Notes under the pieces: generated by a model
Told to the model about the DNA's origin: nothing
What the model saw: the letters and a program-made list of their open reading frames with translations, nothing else
Database searches by the model: none
From: Nymphaea colorata
Taxonomy: Eukaryota
Direction: 5' to 3'
Length of the DNA stretch: 64,000 nt
NCBI RefSeq assembly: GCF_008831285.2
Contig: NC_045138.2
Coordinates: forward strand, 3,162,001 to 3,226,000
Position numbers and translations under genes: made by a program
Shown: piece by piece, positions 27,317-40,983 of the stretch
Layout: every line of letters begins with the position of its first letter
Numbering within the stretch: position 1 is the stretch's first letter

Positions 27317-30300
27317 TTAATAAGGTCTGTACCTTGCTGTTGCTCTAGGAACTCGACTTGGGGCATACTCACGGGACAAGTCTACATTCCCAGTGCCTCT
27401 GTATTGTGCTAACTGTCAAGAACAAGCAATGAATAACTAGAATCAGTTGCTTTATATATTACATGAACAAAATCCCAAGCAATAAATAAGATGCTCCTCC
27501 ACTCAGAGCCTATTCATTTTGGTCATAGCTTGAGAAACAACAGACTAAAGAATCACACTTGCGTTTGGTTTCAGGCAAGAGGGACACTTGTGATTAAAAA
27601 TGGAAGGTCTTGAAAAGATTACCTTTACAAGAGGCATTGGAAAATCACAAGCTGCAGTTTTGGGGGGTTTTGTGCAGCTCGAGATATTCTACACTTGTCA
27701 TGGACCAAGAAACCCACCGCAGCTTATAATGACAGAGAGAACCACGTGTGATTAGTTCTCTGCTTTATCTACTCAATTTGTCAGCTATTAGGCTTAAAGA
27801 TGCTTAGCCTCCGGAAACACTCAATTCTCCTGCCTAAAGGTACCACTATTTTCTCCGAGACCACCAGGTACCTATAGAGCACCAACCTAATTTTAGCAGT
27901 ACAAATAGGAGCTTTAAGTTGTTTTCACTAGCTTTACTGCCACTTGTCTATATCTGGAAATAGGTTGAACTAGACCTGTCTTAACTCTAGAAATCTTATC
28001 TCTGAAGCTCCACAATCCAATTACTAAACATAACAAAATGATCTTGAGCATCAAACTGAAAGAAGGCATGCAAGCACCAAACAGAGGCAAATACATCGCA
28101 ACAGGGAAAAGAAAAGTGAATGAAGCAGTAGCTGAACTAAACATGACATTCGACTGAACAGGAGTTCAAGCCTTGTCCCAATTCCCATCCCCACCCCTCC
28201 ATAATCTAATAATTGAACATGAGCAGATAGAATGAGAATGCGCACAGAAGTAAACAGAGGTAAATGAATTACAGTGGGAAAAAAAGAATAAATGAAGCAC
28301 TCAAAAGTACCACCTTTTGCTGCCAAACTTATGAACACTGAACAGATAAATGGTCAGTAGATTACTTGCAAGAATTTTTTTTTTTTTTAGGTCCAGGAAC
28401 TCACCATGAGATTGTAAGACTGTTGGCTTGTCAAAATCTTATAGTGACCATCACGAACTTGGACTGCAGATGACCCATCCATAGAAGCATCAACCATTGC
28501 CGATGACGAATGGTCTAAATTACCTCCACTTTGTGCTTCATCAAGAGGGGCAGCACGATCCAACACAATCTGTGATACAAACCAAAGACAGAGATACAAA
28601 ATAAGCAGTATAAAAAATTTAGGAATTCATCAACCTGGAGTCCTTAAAAGGTGATAACAAAATCCATAGCAATGGTAATTAGTACCTATGCTTCATAAAT
28701 TATAACCATAGTTGCAAATATCTTTGATATTTCAAAATAACCCGATGTTGTCACCATCATGAAGCCAGCAGATACTATCAGCAAAATATCCCAATACGTT
28801 CAACGCATCAACAAAAGCAAAGAATGTTGTAAGATACTTCTGGTAGCTTTTCAAGTTTCTCTTTTTTTATACTTTTAAGCATATGAGTTTTTTCCTTTTG
28901 TTTATTTTATGTTTGCAGAAAAGCTTTTTACTTGTTTTTTTATATTTTCACAAGAAAGAAAATAGAAAATCTATTGCCTCATTATTTTTCAAGTCTTCAT
29001 ATTTGAAAATTTTTTAATTTCTCACCTTTCCCTGAAAAAATCCACATCTTCTTTTGAAAAAGAAAAAAGAAAAATCACGAGAAAACCTTAGCAAGATCAA
29101 TATTAATAAGCATGGCTTAAGGAGTGCCAACAACAAAAATTCCAAAATTCAAAGATCCTATTTCTAATAAAAGAGCATCCATTTTTCAGAAAATTTTTGT
29201 GCTGCTGACTTTCTGTTCCTTCACAATGCAGCTTTAGGGTTTCTCTACTACAATAATTTCAATAATATCATTATGGAAATTAGCAGCAATTAGAAACATT
29301 ATATAGAGTCATAGACCTCTCGAAAGCCAAAGGAATTGCAACTGAACACTACTTGATTTTCATTTCAAATCATAATATAGTTGGTCAATTGCATATATGT
29401 TGCGAATACCCTCTAAAATAGTGAGACATTTGAAAGTAGATTAGAAAAGGAATTGTACTCCACCCTAAAACAAAAGAATGAAAAAAGTAACTTCAAAGGA
29501 GATCTCCATTGAACATATCTACAATTTGCCCTAGCTAGACAAAAAAGAAAACAGTACGAAATAAATTAAAAAAGCCACCCACACTGCTGTTCAAATATGC
29601 TGAAAGAAACACATTGAATTTCCTTTTTTAGTTGTCATAGTTTCTGTCTTCAAAAAACCCTAACTATTCCCCTATAAATTTCCAAGGAATAGTCTGTCTA
29701 TACAGGATTGAAAACTCATCATTGAGTTTGGCAAATATTAAAGCATAACCAGACACACTGCACTCTGTGTAGTGCTTTACATATTGCATGAGCCAAATCA
29801 GCTTCCTATAGTTAATCAAGGCAATTAGGTTATGACATATTATGCATTGTGACACCAAGTAAGCATCCCAAACAGAATCTGGATGATGGCCTATTTACCT
29901 CGCAACTAAATCCAAACTCATGCCAAAGTGGATCTGACTCAATTCAGATGAGTAACTAACGTTTGAGGTGAAAAAATATAATATGATGTCAAAATTTCCC
30001 CATTACAAGTCCATATTCCCACATTCTCAAGGAAAAAGGATATTACAGAACACTACCTTCTGACCTAAAACCATGTGCACCTTTTGAGAAGCATATTCAG
30101 CTGAAATTTCATCTGCAAAGGTAACAAACCCAAAACCCCGGTGTGATATTTTCTTCCCATCCTGTAATAACAGCACATAAGCTAGTAAGTTGATATATAA
30201 AAAAAAAAAAAGCAAAAAGGTTCGACAGTTACTGCAGATGAAAGGGCTACTTGCCTTGGGAAGATACACATCCAAGACAGGACCAAACTGACTGAAATGG

Positions 30301-33300
30301 ATCCTCAGGTCATTAGAAGTTGCTTCAAGTGGAATACGACCAATGAAAAGCTTTTTCCCCCATTTAGTAGAACCAGAAGATAAAGGAAGAGAAGCATCAT
30401 TTCCAGTGATACTAGCAGCGGCTGCTGATGATAGCTCTTGCACCCCTTGCCCACCACCAGGGAGTCGATCTGAAGGAGATGCAGAATCAACTGCAATCTG
30501 ACAATTGGAGAATGCACATCATAACCAGCAAGAAGCAAATTGAATTAAGGCAGCAATGGATACCAATTCTACTGCTCACAGAAAAGTAGAAAGATCATAC
30601 CATTCTCAGAATCTATTGCATTTCAACGAAGTTGAATAGAAGGTGAAGAGCATGTCTGTTACTTCACCAGATACAATCATGGCTTTGGAAGTTAGAATAA
30701 GAAATTAGAAAATACCTCACGACCATGAAGAAAATGTCTAACCCGGGCAACACGGGCAGCTGTTGCTTCATCTGCAAATGTGACAAATCCAAATCCTCTG
30801 TGAGATATTTTCTTTGGATCCTGTACGCAATCACAAGCAAAATAAGATAGTATACTCATGTTCATATTCACAAATATGAAGCACATAGAACAGCCTAGTT
30901 GTAATTCATAAACAAAACAAGTATGGCAAATTCATACCTTTGGAAGGTAAACATCTGTAACCCAACCAAACTGACTAAAATAGGCTTGCAGATCTTCAGC
31001 AGTTGTTTCAAGTGGAATACGGCCAACAAACATCTTTTTCTCAACTCTCGGAGCAGCCACAACAACCTGATTATTGTTACTTCCTGCTGAGTTGACATCC
31101 CCCCCAATTAGTATTTGTCCTGCACTTGGAATACCGTCTTGGGATATATAACCACAAGGCAGAATGTTGGTTGTTGGATGTTCAACTCTAGAAGCACTGT
31201 CAACATACTCATAGCCTGTGGAAGGTGATACGACAAAGGACCGTGGTGTCCTGAACTGCTGGCTATACATCCTATATCCCCTGGATTCCTCCTGCATAAT
31301 TTCCATCATCAACTACATTAGACCATTTTGACGTACCACTAACATAATTGAATCACACTGGTAGCTGCAGCTACCTGACTTAAACTGCAAAAGAGAAGAA
31401 AGAAGGTGCCGAAACTCGTACACTCCAATGTCAAATAATGGATCCTAATCTGAAATCAACAAAAATAGAATGAAAAATTAAAGTGCCAATCATTTAGCAG
31501 ACCTTTGGAGTGGCTCTGTCAACAGCTATTGTTGACCCTCCAAGCTCGTGACTCTCTGACATAAGCTGATCCACTGAATCTGTACTTGAATATAACACAA
31601 AACATCAAGTGGTTTTGGCTTCTATAGAAGAGCATACAGGAGGAAATAACAGCAAAGGAACCCACATCAGTTTGCTCAGACACAAGCTCTTTCATGCGCA
31701 CAGAGTCAATATAAAAGTGCCGTATCCTAATCATACGAGAAATAGATGGTATTACCTTCATTCTCATAAGTCACAAATCCAATGCCTCTGTGTTGCTTTG
31801 TTACAGGATCCTGGAATGCATTTAAAGACTTTTTAAAAAGGCAACCAGACATAAATTGCTGATGGAACATGTGATTTGACTCTGCAAACTTTACTCAAGC
31901 AACATCACGATAGTGATAATGTCATTTTTATACTTAATAAATTTCACCATCACCTTCCTTTTATTTCAATAAATAAATCAGTCAAGCTAGACTCCTAGAG
32001 AGCTTCCAGTCACCCATAAAATACATGACTACTCAAATAAACCACAAGTTTTTTAATGAGATTTGTCACTGCAAATTAATCACAAGTTTGTTCATGAAAA
32101 TCAATGTGCCTCATCTCTTTATCTGCATCCCTTTAGACACCGAAGTTAATTAGCTGGTCAATTGATCAAAATTTTTCCCCATGCTTCTAAGGTATCTGCA
32201 TCAATAAGAACCCAAGAATATCCAGCTGTAACTGGATTATAACACTGCTTGTTGTTCCTCTGTACAATAGAGCTGCATGCGTTCCTCCTTATTTTCTTAC
32301 TGTATCTGGTGAAGATGCATTTATACAGCCATGTGGATTCCCAGGGAGACAACTTGATTTTTTTTAACTTCAGATTTACAAGAACATCCTTGCGTTATAG
32401 ACTTAAAACATATATGCAGCATTTCAAAGGTCAGATGACAAGCTATGCTTCTAAATCAAACCCAATAATTAAATATCCATGCACACTGCGCTCCTCATTC
32501 TAGAAAGTGGGTTTGCAATATTTGTATCAGTGGCATCCAAGTTGTCAAATCAGAAATCAGACACAGGCTAGTCAAGATCCTAAAAGGATTAGTTGATCCA
32601 AGTCACACACAAACACACATATATGGGGGAGGGGGGGGGAGGAAAGAGAGAGAGAGATATATAATAACAAAGGTAGTTAAATGAACTACTAGCTTAAGTA
32701 GTAAGTAACAAAAGTAACTAATTTATTGGTTAGCCTAAGTGAAACTTCGTACTTGGAAGTAATGAAAAGGAAAAAAGAAACAGACTAACAAATGCACCCA
32801 AGACCTAAAACCTCCTAATCACTCAACTAGTCACGACTCATGAACCAGGCCTGGGCTGGTCACCAACTTGGTCAACTAAATCTGCCTACTGGTCACTAGG
32901 TTAACAACAGAGAATAGCATTAGCCAGCAGCCACAACACAGTTTCTAGGAGTAGTAGGCAAAAAATCGTCAAAGAGAGAGGACACACCTTTGGCATGTAA
33001 GCATCAATTACTGCACCATATTTTGAGAAGTAGCTGCAACGACAACACAGAATCCAAACAAAATCATGGCAAAACATCAAATTTCAAGAATATGCAAGAT
33101 ATGATATAAAGAATACATTGTAAATACATGATAAAGGACTAAAAAAACTGGTACAGTATGTATGACTAAATTAGCCATATAACCTGTGAAAAATGTCATC
33201 TGTCACACTAGATGGTATTCTAGCAACAAAAATGCGAGTGCTCTTTCGAAATGGTGGCACCATGTCCTCCTACATAACAAAGTCATGAAGCTTATACCCA

Positions 33301-33530
33301 TTAAATGGCAGCTCATCATCTTACGGGAAAAAAATACAACTTGTCAAAAGAGGTTTGACCTAATTTGCTTGACAACAACGAGGGTTAAACAAATTCAGAA
33401 AATTTTTCAGCCTCCAGCAAATTATGGCAAAAATTGTTGACAGCCAAGCTTAGTAGTTGAAAGGGGGTTGTAGCCTACACAGACGCTCTGACCTAGGCCA
33501 ATTAAATTGAACTGTATATAATTATATCTA

Positions 33531-33613
<83 letters not shown>

Positions 33614-34262
33614 TAACTATAATTATTTTCTTATATGTTCTATCTTCCAATCATTGTCATAAATATTGTTCTTTGGTTCTCAGTTCTCACCAGTCAGTTT
33701 TCTCAAGTATTAATAGGAAAGTTCTGTTTTTCTTGGGAAGATCTTTGGAATTTAAAAGATTAAAAATATATAAGTAATAGAAAAATTATCAAATTACGAG
33801 TTCTCCACTAACTCTCTTACAGAAACACTCAGTTAATGAAATGTTAAAGAAAGAAAAAAGGGGATTGAGATATATTTAAAAAGGTTTACATTAATCTCGT
33901 GAAAATATCGTGATACTTTTGATTTGCTGATATTTTCAAAACATATATTCCTGCCTTTTTCAGGCAACATGTTTTTGCTGAAATTATCACTTCATAATAT
34001 TTGAGACAATGCTTATAATATATTAATGGGATAAAACACCCATTCTAGACCTTTTTCTTTTCCCTCCTTTTATCTTTTTCCTTTTTTTTTCTCTTCATAA
34101 GATCACTCAGGCCTCACTTGGAGTCTAACGCCTAGGCCCATCTAGCACTCAAGTTGTATTTACATATTGATACAAACCCAAGTCCAGGTAAAATTTCTCA
34201 AAGAACATATGAACACCAAGTGCATAGGAAAACTATAACATGCACACTACAAACTACAAAAG

Positions 34263-34293
<31 letters not shown>

Positions 34294-35740
34294 TATTTTA
34301 TTGTTATAACATATATATATGCTATAACAATAAAATACCTAATCTGTAGTCATCAACAAATCACAGCATCCTAAAAAACAAACAAGTACATAAGTTCATA
34401 ACAGTTCAGCTCAGGAAGAGCACTTGCCTTCGGGGTTGCCACCTTCACATCAAGTGTCCTCCCGCTGATAACATGCTCAGCTGCCATGGCTTTCTAATGA
34501 TATTACACAACCATTAAACAACCAAACATGAAAATGTACTCACTAAACATTTGAGTCTAATTCAACACCTTTGCATCTTCTAAAGAAGAAAATGTAACAT
34601 AACCAAAACCACGCGAACGTTTTGTTATCCGATCCTGATAATCACAAGAGAGATTGATATTAGATAGCATCTCACTCTAACAGTTGTAAGTACCATCTAG
34701 AGATTAGGTCAATATGTGGCAATACGAATGAAGGAATTGAGTTCCTCTACTACCATTTTAATACAAAACATTTTTACTAACAAAAATGACGATAAATGAC
34801 ACATAGCTGTATTTTCACAATTTGAGTTACACTAACATCGCATGACTGAGGGTGAAGGTATGGATGATGTACTATTTTTCAGGAAAGAAAGGCTGCAGCT
34901 GCAGCTGCACCCATACTCAGTGAACACCTGACTTAGGTGTACGGCCTATTTGCATCGCCCATTTGACATATAATTCACATTTTTCATGATTCTATTTCCA
35001 CTACTTGTTTACCTTGTTAAGATGATTTACTATTTTCTCTATAAAAACTGTAAAGGCTTCGCACATTAATTAATATGAAAAAATATTGAACCTTTCAGAA
35101 GCATATTATGTTCTTAAGAACATAGAATCTTAGGGAAGGCCAGACCCTGATATCATGTGGTCCCCAATAAAATCAAGGCAGACAAGTTCTAAACCACAGC
35201 TATTCATATGCATAATTGGTAAAATCAACCACCAAAACACAATATTGATGCTATAACAACTAAAACAATCACCTACTGAACTAAAAGGAAAAATGTTTCC
35301 TCGGATATCTTCATGTTAGGCTAATCCAACGTCAGAATACTTGATGTGCTTAATCGACAATTCACCAGGTAGTGAAGCCTAACAGCACATGAACACAAAA
35401 GCAACAGGCCTATCTCTTTGTCGTCATGGTTTGCACTTTTGGAATATCAACAGTACAATCTACAACAGGAATGCACCCCTTAAGTAATTTTTTTCAAAAA
35501 GCATAACAGTGAATGAGACAATGAGATGTAATTAAACATTACTTTAATAATCGTTGCTTCAACCAATTCACCAAATTGGCTCATATGTTGCCTTAAGCCT
35601 TCATCATCTACCTCCCAAGGAACACCCAGAACCTGATAATTTCAAAAAATTAAACAGGATAAGTACATTTTATAAGTAAATGAAAAATAAAGAGAACACC
35701 ATAATTAACCTACCACCAATTTTGTGCTCCCAGTAGACAT
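27317..35740 (-). CDS. RNA-binding protein with four RRMs and C-terminal PY-NLS (At4g36960-like, hnRNP A/musashi-type RRMs), 526 aa
   Basis: 14 exons: 35740-35714, 35632-35543, 34634-34569, 34493-34428, 33269-33184, 33033-32988, 31810-31756, 31579-31503, 31291-30938, 30820-30716, 30497-30255, 30161-30057, 28569-28405, 27412-27317 (1581 nt, in frame). RNP2/RNP1 pairs are KLVVLGVP/RGFGYVTF, RIFVARIP/RGIGFVTY, KMFVGRIP/RGFGFVTF and KLFIGRIP/RGFGFVTF. The protein ends ...ATARYRPY*. GC donors at 34427 and 30254. Confidence 0.88.
33533..33610. repeat. Compound (TA)n(GA)n microsatellite in RRM intron
   Basis: Direct reading. Confidence 0.95.
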
Positions 35741-36830
35741 TGTTCTCCTACTCAACTACTAAAGAATGACTTTCAGCACAAAAAACTGAAAAAAGAAAAT
35801 AATAATGGAATTAATTATGGAGTAGCAGCAATCAGAAAACCCAAAGAATGCACCAAATGCAGATGAAAATGACATAGCATGTATTCAAAATTTCACTACT
35901 CCCTTAATAGGGTGGCATGCTATTTAGCAGTTGGCGTAATAATGTAGTCATGTTCTTGCACAATTTCATTCTTTGGAGTTGTAAGACAAGGTCGCGGAGT
36001 CCATATACAAAAGATTTTCTGTTTTTTCTTTGCATGCAAAACGAAGAAAAAAAAGAACTTAAAGACAAAAAAGATTATATATTATCACAGTAATCTGCCC
36101 TTCAAGTATTGCACCTACCAAAATCCAACATGCACGTGCAGGCAGACAACAGACCTAATTCAAGAAACGAGAAGTTAAGCCACATATATAGTTCAACGGT
36201 CAACCAACGCACGTGCAGCAAATGAACCCGTAAAACAAACAAGCAAAGCTTAATCTGACGCAAATAATATCCCAATCACAGCCCAGAAATGCTACACCAC
36301 CAAACCCACCTCAAGAAAAGTCATTAGGAAGTGGAATTCATTAAGCTCACTAAATAAAACCGCTCAAAACCACGCCATGCTCCACCACTGGTGGACAATC
36401 CTCCGATTAAAAATCATTAAAGGCAACATGTTCCACCCAGCGACTACAACACGAAGTACCCTACGAATCTTGGGACGAGGAAAATTCTCCATTAAATCAA
36501 CAGAACAAAACGACCAACGCAAAAAGCGGAAAAACCGGCAAAACCTCAACCCTAACATTGCGCACAGCGGCACAAGCAGTGGCTTCAAAGTTCAAACATG
36601 AATTGCCAATTGCCATTAAACGCAGAGATACTTCCATTGGGCCAAACTCATCCAAAAACCTTAACGAACCAACTAAAACCACAATTTTTGATAAAAAGGA
36701 GAAAGACAAAGCTTCTTTCTTTCATCCTCATGTACTTCAAGAAATCGGAAAGGGATACGATTGTCATAAGGAAAATGATCGACAATAATGCAAAACTAAT
36801 GATGAATTTCTACAACAAAGGGAATGTTAC

Positions 36831-36900
36831 CTAACCGCCGGAAAGGGAAAGAAGGACGATCTTCAGGACAGCTCTTTTCTCAGAGAGAGAGTGAGAGAAG
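36831..36900 (-). other. Probable non-coding first exon of the RRM gene
   Basis: CT-rich leader with donor TAG|GTAACA at 36830. Polypyrimidine acceptor TTTTCTTTTTTCAG at 35786 lies 45 nt before the ATG. Confidence 0.55.
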
Positions 36901-37538
36901 GGGCTTTTGGTCGGTGGGTCAAATGAGCACGCGCGGGCGATGCGTAATGTCGCGCGGTATCACTTATACAGGGGGCGGTCGTCAACCGATGCGGTTTAGG
37001 TTCGGGTCGGGCACCTTTCCGGGTCCGGATTTAGTATCAGATCAAACCATAACGGCTCGCACCTTGGGAGACGACCACGAAACGAATTGCATAAAGTTAT
37101 AGAAATGCCAAAGACTCAGGGTCGGAGACTCTAACGATTCGGGTTAGGATGCGGATCCAGATCCAGTGGGCTTTGGGTGCGGCAACTTAAGATTCGCTTT
37201 CTATTTCGATCTACCATTCGCAGCTGGTAATCATTAATTTTGTTAATTATATATATATATATAAATGCTAAAATTAAAAACTCGTCACCAAAATACTATA
37301 AATCGCTAAAACCATTTATGTAAGTTGTAGTTGTATTATATTAGTGACCGTTTTTTAGTATTAAGGCCATGATTGATTATATCATAAATTGCTGTTATTC
37401 TACTATCAAATGTTGTCGGATGGTTAAAAAATATCCTACTAAAAAGCAGTCCTTACATAAACACTAGCAATGGTTTATAATGTGTCCATGATACTTTTAA
37501 CAATAGTCTATGGTGCGTTCATGTTGCTAACAACAAAC

Positions 37539-37541
<3 letters not shown>

Positions 37542-37573
<32 letters not shown>
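37542..37573. repeat. (TA)n microsatellite
   Basis: Direct reading. Confidence 0.95.
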
Positions 37574-37578
<5 letters not shown>

Positions 37579-38060
37579 ACCTTGTCATCTAAGATCGTTT
37601 GATCTAATATGATGAACGAGAAAGAAAAAAACAATGAGAAAAAGGTGATAAACATTTTCATCATCTAGTTTTAGTTCTCACCTTTTTCTTCATGTTTTTC
37701 TCTCAATCATTCATCTACATCTCTACATCAGATGGTCTACATCAGATAGACGGTCCTAGCTAGATGGCTGGGTAACTTTGGATAGCTAATCACCATTCAC
37801 TCATTCTAATTAATATTTATCATTTTTTTTTTCTTTTTTCTCTTAACTGTCCATCATGTTGACTATATAGAATCATCATTCAATATGTGTGTGTATAGGT
37901 CAAAAGATTCAAATCTTTGGGATGTTGGATATTGCAAGGGACTGGTGCTTGTACTAAACAGAAGTAATATCTATTTTCCAGCTTTTGATTAGTCTACGAG
38001 CGGGTTATTGTTCTACAAGATGAATGTTTGGAATTTTTTCTCTACAATTTCTAGTATTAA

Positions 38061-38294
38061 GGGGTGTTTGATAGCGAAAGATCTAAGAAACAAGGTGGTT
38101 TGAGATAATTGGGAATTTTAGATCCTTATATATAAGGTCAGACCCCTTCCGATCGAATTTCAAATATGAAGTTTTTGCCACTGAAGATCTCATTTTTAAC
38201 ACAGCGGTAGCATCCGCTATTTGTTTATGCCATATGTCCCACATAAAAGAACTTTAAATCAATATTATATATAAGATCCAAATCAAACACATCC
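38061..38294. mobile_element. Tourist/PIF-Harbinger-like MITE
   Basis: Imperfect TIRs GGGGTGTTTGAT ... ATCAAACACATCC, flanked by TTAA on both sides (compatible with a TAA/TTA TSD). Confidence 0.65.
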
Positions 38295-38946
38295 TTAAAG
38301 TTGCGAAGCTAAAATTTTTCACTTAAAGGTCACTAAAGGCCATAAATGAAACAGCACCATTGATCAAAGACAGTGGCGGAGCCACATGGTGACTGGTATG
38401 GGCCCACAACAGTCTTTAAACAGGTATCTTTAAACATTTATCCTTATATGTATAAGTGTCCCACCAAATATGAGTATTTTTAAACGAGTGCTCCTCCAGC
38501 CAATTTTTCGTGCTCCGCTTATCAGAAATTAAGTATTTTTTGTTGTCAGCTTGTTTACATCCCTGAAGTTCAACATATTTCAAGGAACCTCCAATTTGTT
38601 TCTTTTACCTTTTGATGTTTTTATTTAGATATCATTGTCATAGAGACCAACTCTAATGGCAATTGTTTTCTACTATAAAAAATTATACACATTTTTGGCA
38701 TGTAGCACTGATAGGGTCCCTCGTGTCCCCAATTATGAAAGATCCCTTGAGGTCACCCACAACCTTTAGTGGCGTGTTTGATGGCTCAAGCAAACATTAT
38801 TTTGGCACTTTATGGTTGTGGTTCCACTTCTCAAGTAAGGCTGTTTGTGGCCTTTGCCAAGGGAGGAAAAATTTCGCGACAATTTTTGCTTGTTAAACTA
38901 GAAATTTGTCAAAGGAGGTGTTATTAATCACCAAAAGTCTTGTATC

Positions 38947-39145
38947 CAGGGGCGGATCCAAGGGGAGAGGCGTGCCTGGGCTCTAGTTTGCTCTCTAAAA
39001 ACTAAAAAAAAAAATATTACATGTAAATTTTAAAAAATTTCATTTGTTCTATATAAAATTTTTGAAAAATGATATTTTGGCTCTTTGTCAAAATTTAAAA
39101 ACTTTAATTCTGCCATCCTTATAAAAAATTGCTGGCTTTGCCCCT
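38947..39145. mobile_element. MITE with CAGGGGCGGA-type termini (hAT-like)
   Basis: CAGGGGCGGATCCA ... TGGCTTTGCCCCT. Related copies at 13508-13668 and 38371-38519, and a partial end at about 15800. Confidence 0.55.
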
Positions 39146-39474
39146 ACTTCTAAATACATAAAAAGGCTTTTATAATATATTAAGAAGACAACTTAATAAG
39201 AAAGTCCAAGTTGTAGCATCAAGGAGCACACCATATCTGGTCGAACTAGAGTCTTGTAAAAAGGCCGATATCTAGTTTGATTTTAATAGGCATTATACCT
39301 TTGTGTTTTAAGTGGTAAGACACGACATGTAAGTTGAAGGATACACCACTACCATTGTTGATGCTGAAGCAACTTAGGAAACCCCAAAGGTAGGTAAAAC
39401 AGAAGAGTCTTCAGGCATCTTTCGGAACAGTGGGTTATTAACCTCCTCCTCACTTGAAAAAAATCCATGATGTA

Positions 39475-39801
39475 GGAGTGTTTGGATGACACTCAAAAAC
39501 AAGGTTTAAAAGGCAAATTAAGCTTGGTTTTGTCTTTAAAACCAAGTTTCTTTGGCGTATTTGCCATCATCAAAAACTAAAATTTTTCTCCAACCTAATT
39601 TTAATAAAGCCCGGTTTTGTAAAAAGAAGTGAAAGATCTGATTGTTGATATAGCTAGCTTTAGTTCTGAGCCAAGATCAAACTCTTCTTTTCAGGGCCGA
39701 AGCAACAAACTAACTTTTCAAAACTCATTAAAAGAAACTTGGTTTTCATAAAACCTAGCTTCTACAAAATTTGGTTAAATGGGGGTGCCATCCAAACGCC
39801 C
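39475..39801. mobile_element. Tourist/PIF-Harbinger-like MITE
   Basis: GGAGTGTTTGGATGAC ... GCCATCCAAACGCCC inverted termini, with TGTA on both flanks. Confidence 0.6.
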
Positions 39802-40983
39802 TGTAGAATGGTAGTTGAATACAATTTCATTTTTTTTAATTCGAATTAAAATCAAGTTAAATGCATAGCTAGATGTTATAGATATCCATTTGGATTCCGA
39901 TCTATCCATAGTTTTCTCTTCCGAAATTAAAGGAAGAACAGCCAAGCTGAGCCAACCAAACATCAAACAAGCTACTTCCCTTGCTCTGCAAATTTAAGGC
40001 AACTGATACAGACTAGAAGAACAATAATCTTTCAAGGGGCATTTCACAACATGGTTGTTGTTCTATAAATTTAATTTATCTTGAAGATTGTATAGATTTG
40101 TTGAAACCCTAATGCAGCATTTTTGTTACCAAATGTCCCCTTATAAAACTTTAAACCAGAAAAAAAAAAGCGCAGGTTCGCGCTAATTTTTTGAAAAGTC
40201 ATGTGAGGCTTCGACCTAATTTTTCTGATTCTGCCATGCCAGTTGGTGGATGACTTCCTTGTCTTTGTACTTCAAATGCTTTAAAGGGGAGCGTTTGATA
40301 GCATTGAATTTGAAGCCCGGGGCTGAGCTGAGTTCTACACCCACAGTAATCTACTGTTTAAACAAACAATGGATTTTAGACACACGGCTTTTTATTTGGC
40401 TTTTATTAGAGTTTGGTGAAGTCTAAATCTAACAGGTGGATATGATATCCACGGTCTTCAAATCAGGTGAAAAATTAAAGGCGGGGTACCACAAGTGTCT
40501 TTGATGTCTCTTTTTAACTTTTAACGCTTTTTTTTTTTGCATTCCAAATAATAGATTTTTAATGTTATTTGTGACTATGGGGTTTACTACTCCTAACTAA
40601 GCAAGATCTTAATCATCCCAATTAAAAGGAATTGAACCGAACTGCTGCTGATTGGATTGAGAAGCTGGCAGTATTTTGATAATTTATTAAAAAAAATGTC
40701 TTCCACCATCTTTTTTTTCATTTTTTATTTTATCTTTATTAAGAACTAAAGGCATTTTTATGTGAGAAGTGAGTGGCAAACTGGTTATTATGCGTCCTAA
40801 AGGTGCACTGATTTGTGTGTGTGTGTGTTAACGATTAAAATATTTTTAGTTCACATTAAAAAAAAAAGACAAAAATAAAAATAACAAAAATAAAAAACTT
40901 TGAAAAACATTTTCAGTAAATTACCAAAATATCTTCTCCTCCTCTACTGCTCCCCCAACTTTCTATCGGATAATGGTGCTGGA

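Noticed and set aside
31316..31384. Alternative acceptor at 31385 for RRM exon 9
   Set aside because: Leads to an in-frame stop after 23 codons; the acceptor at 31292 restores the family-like RATPK|EE junction.
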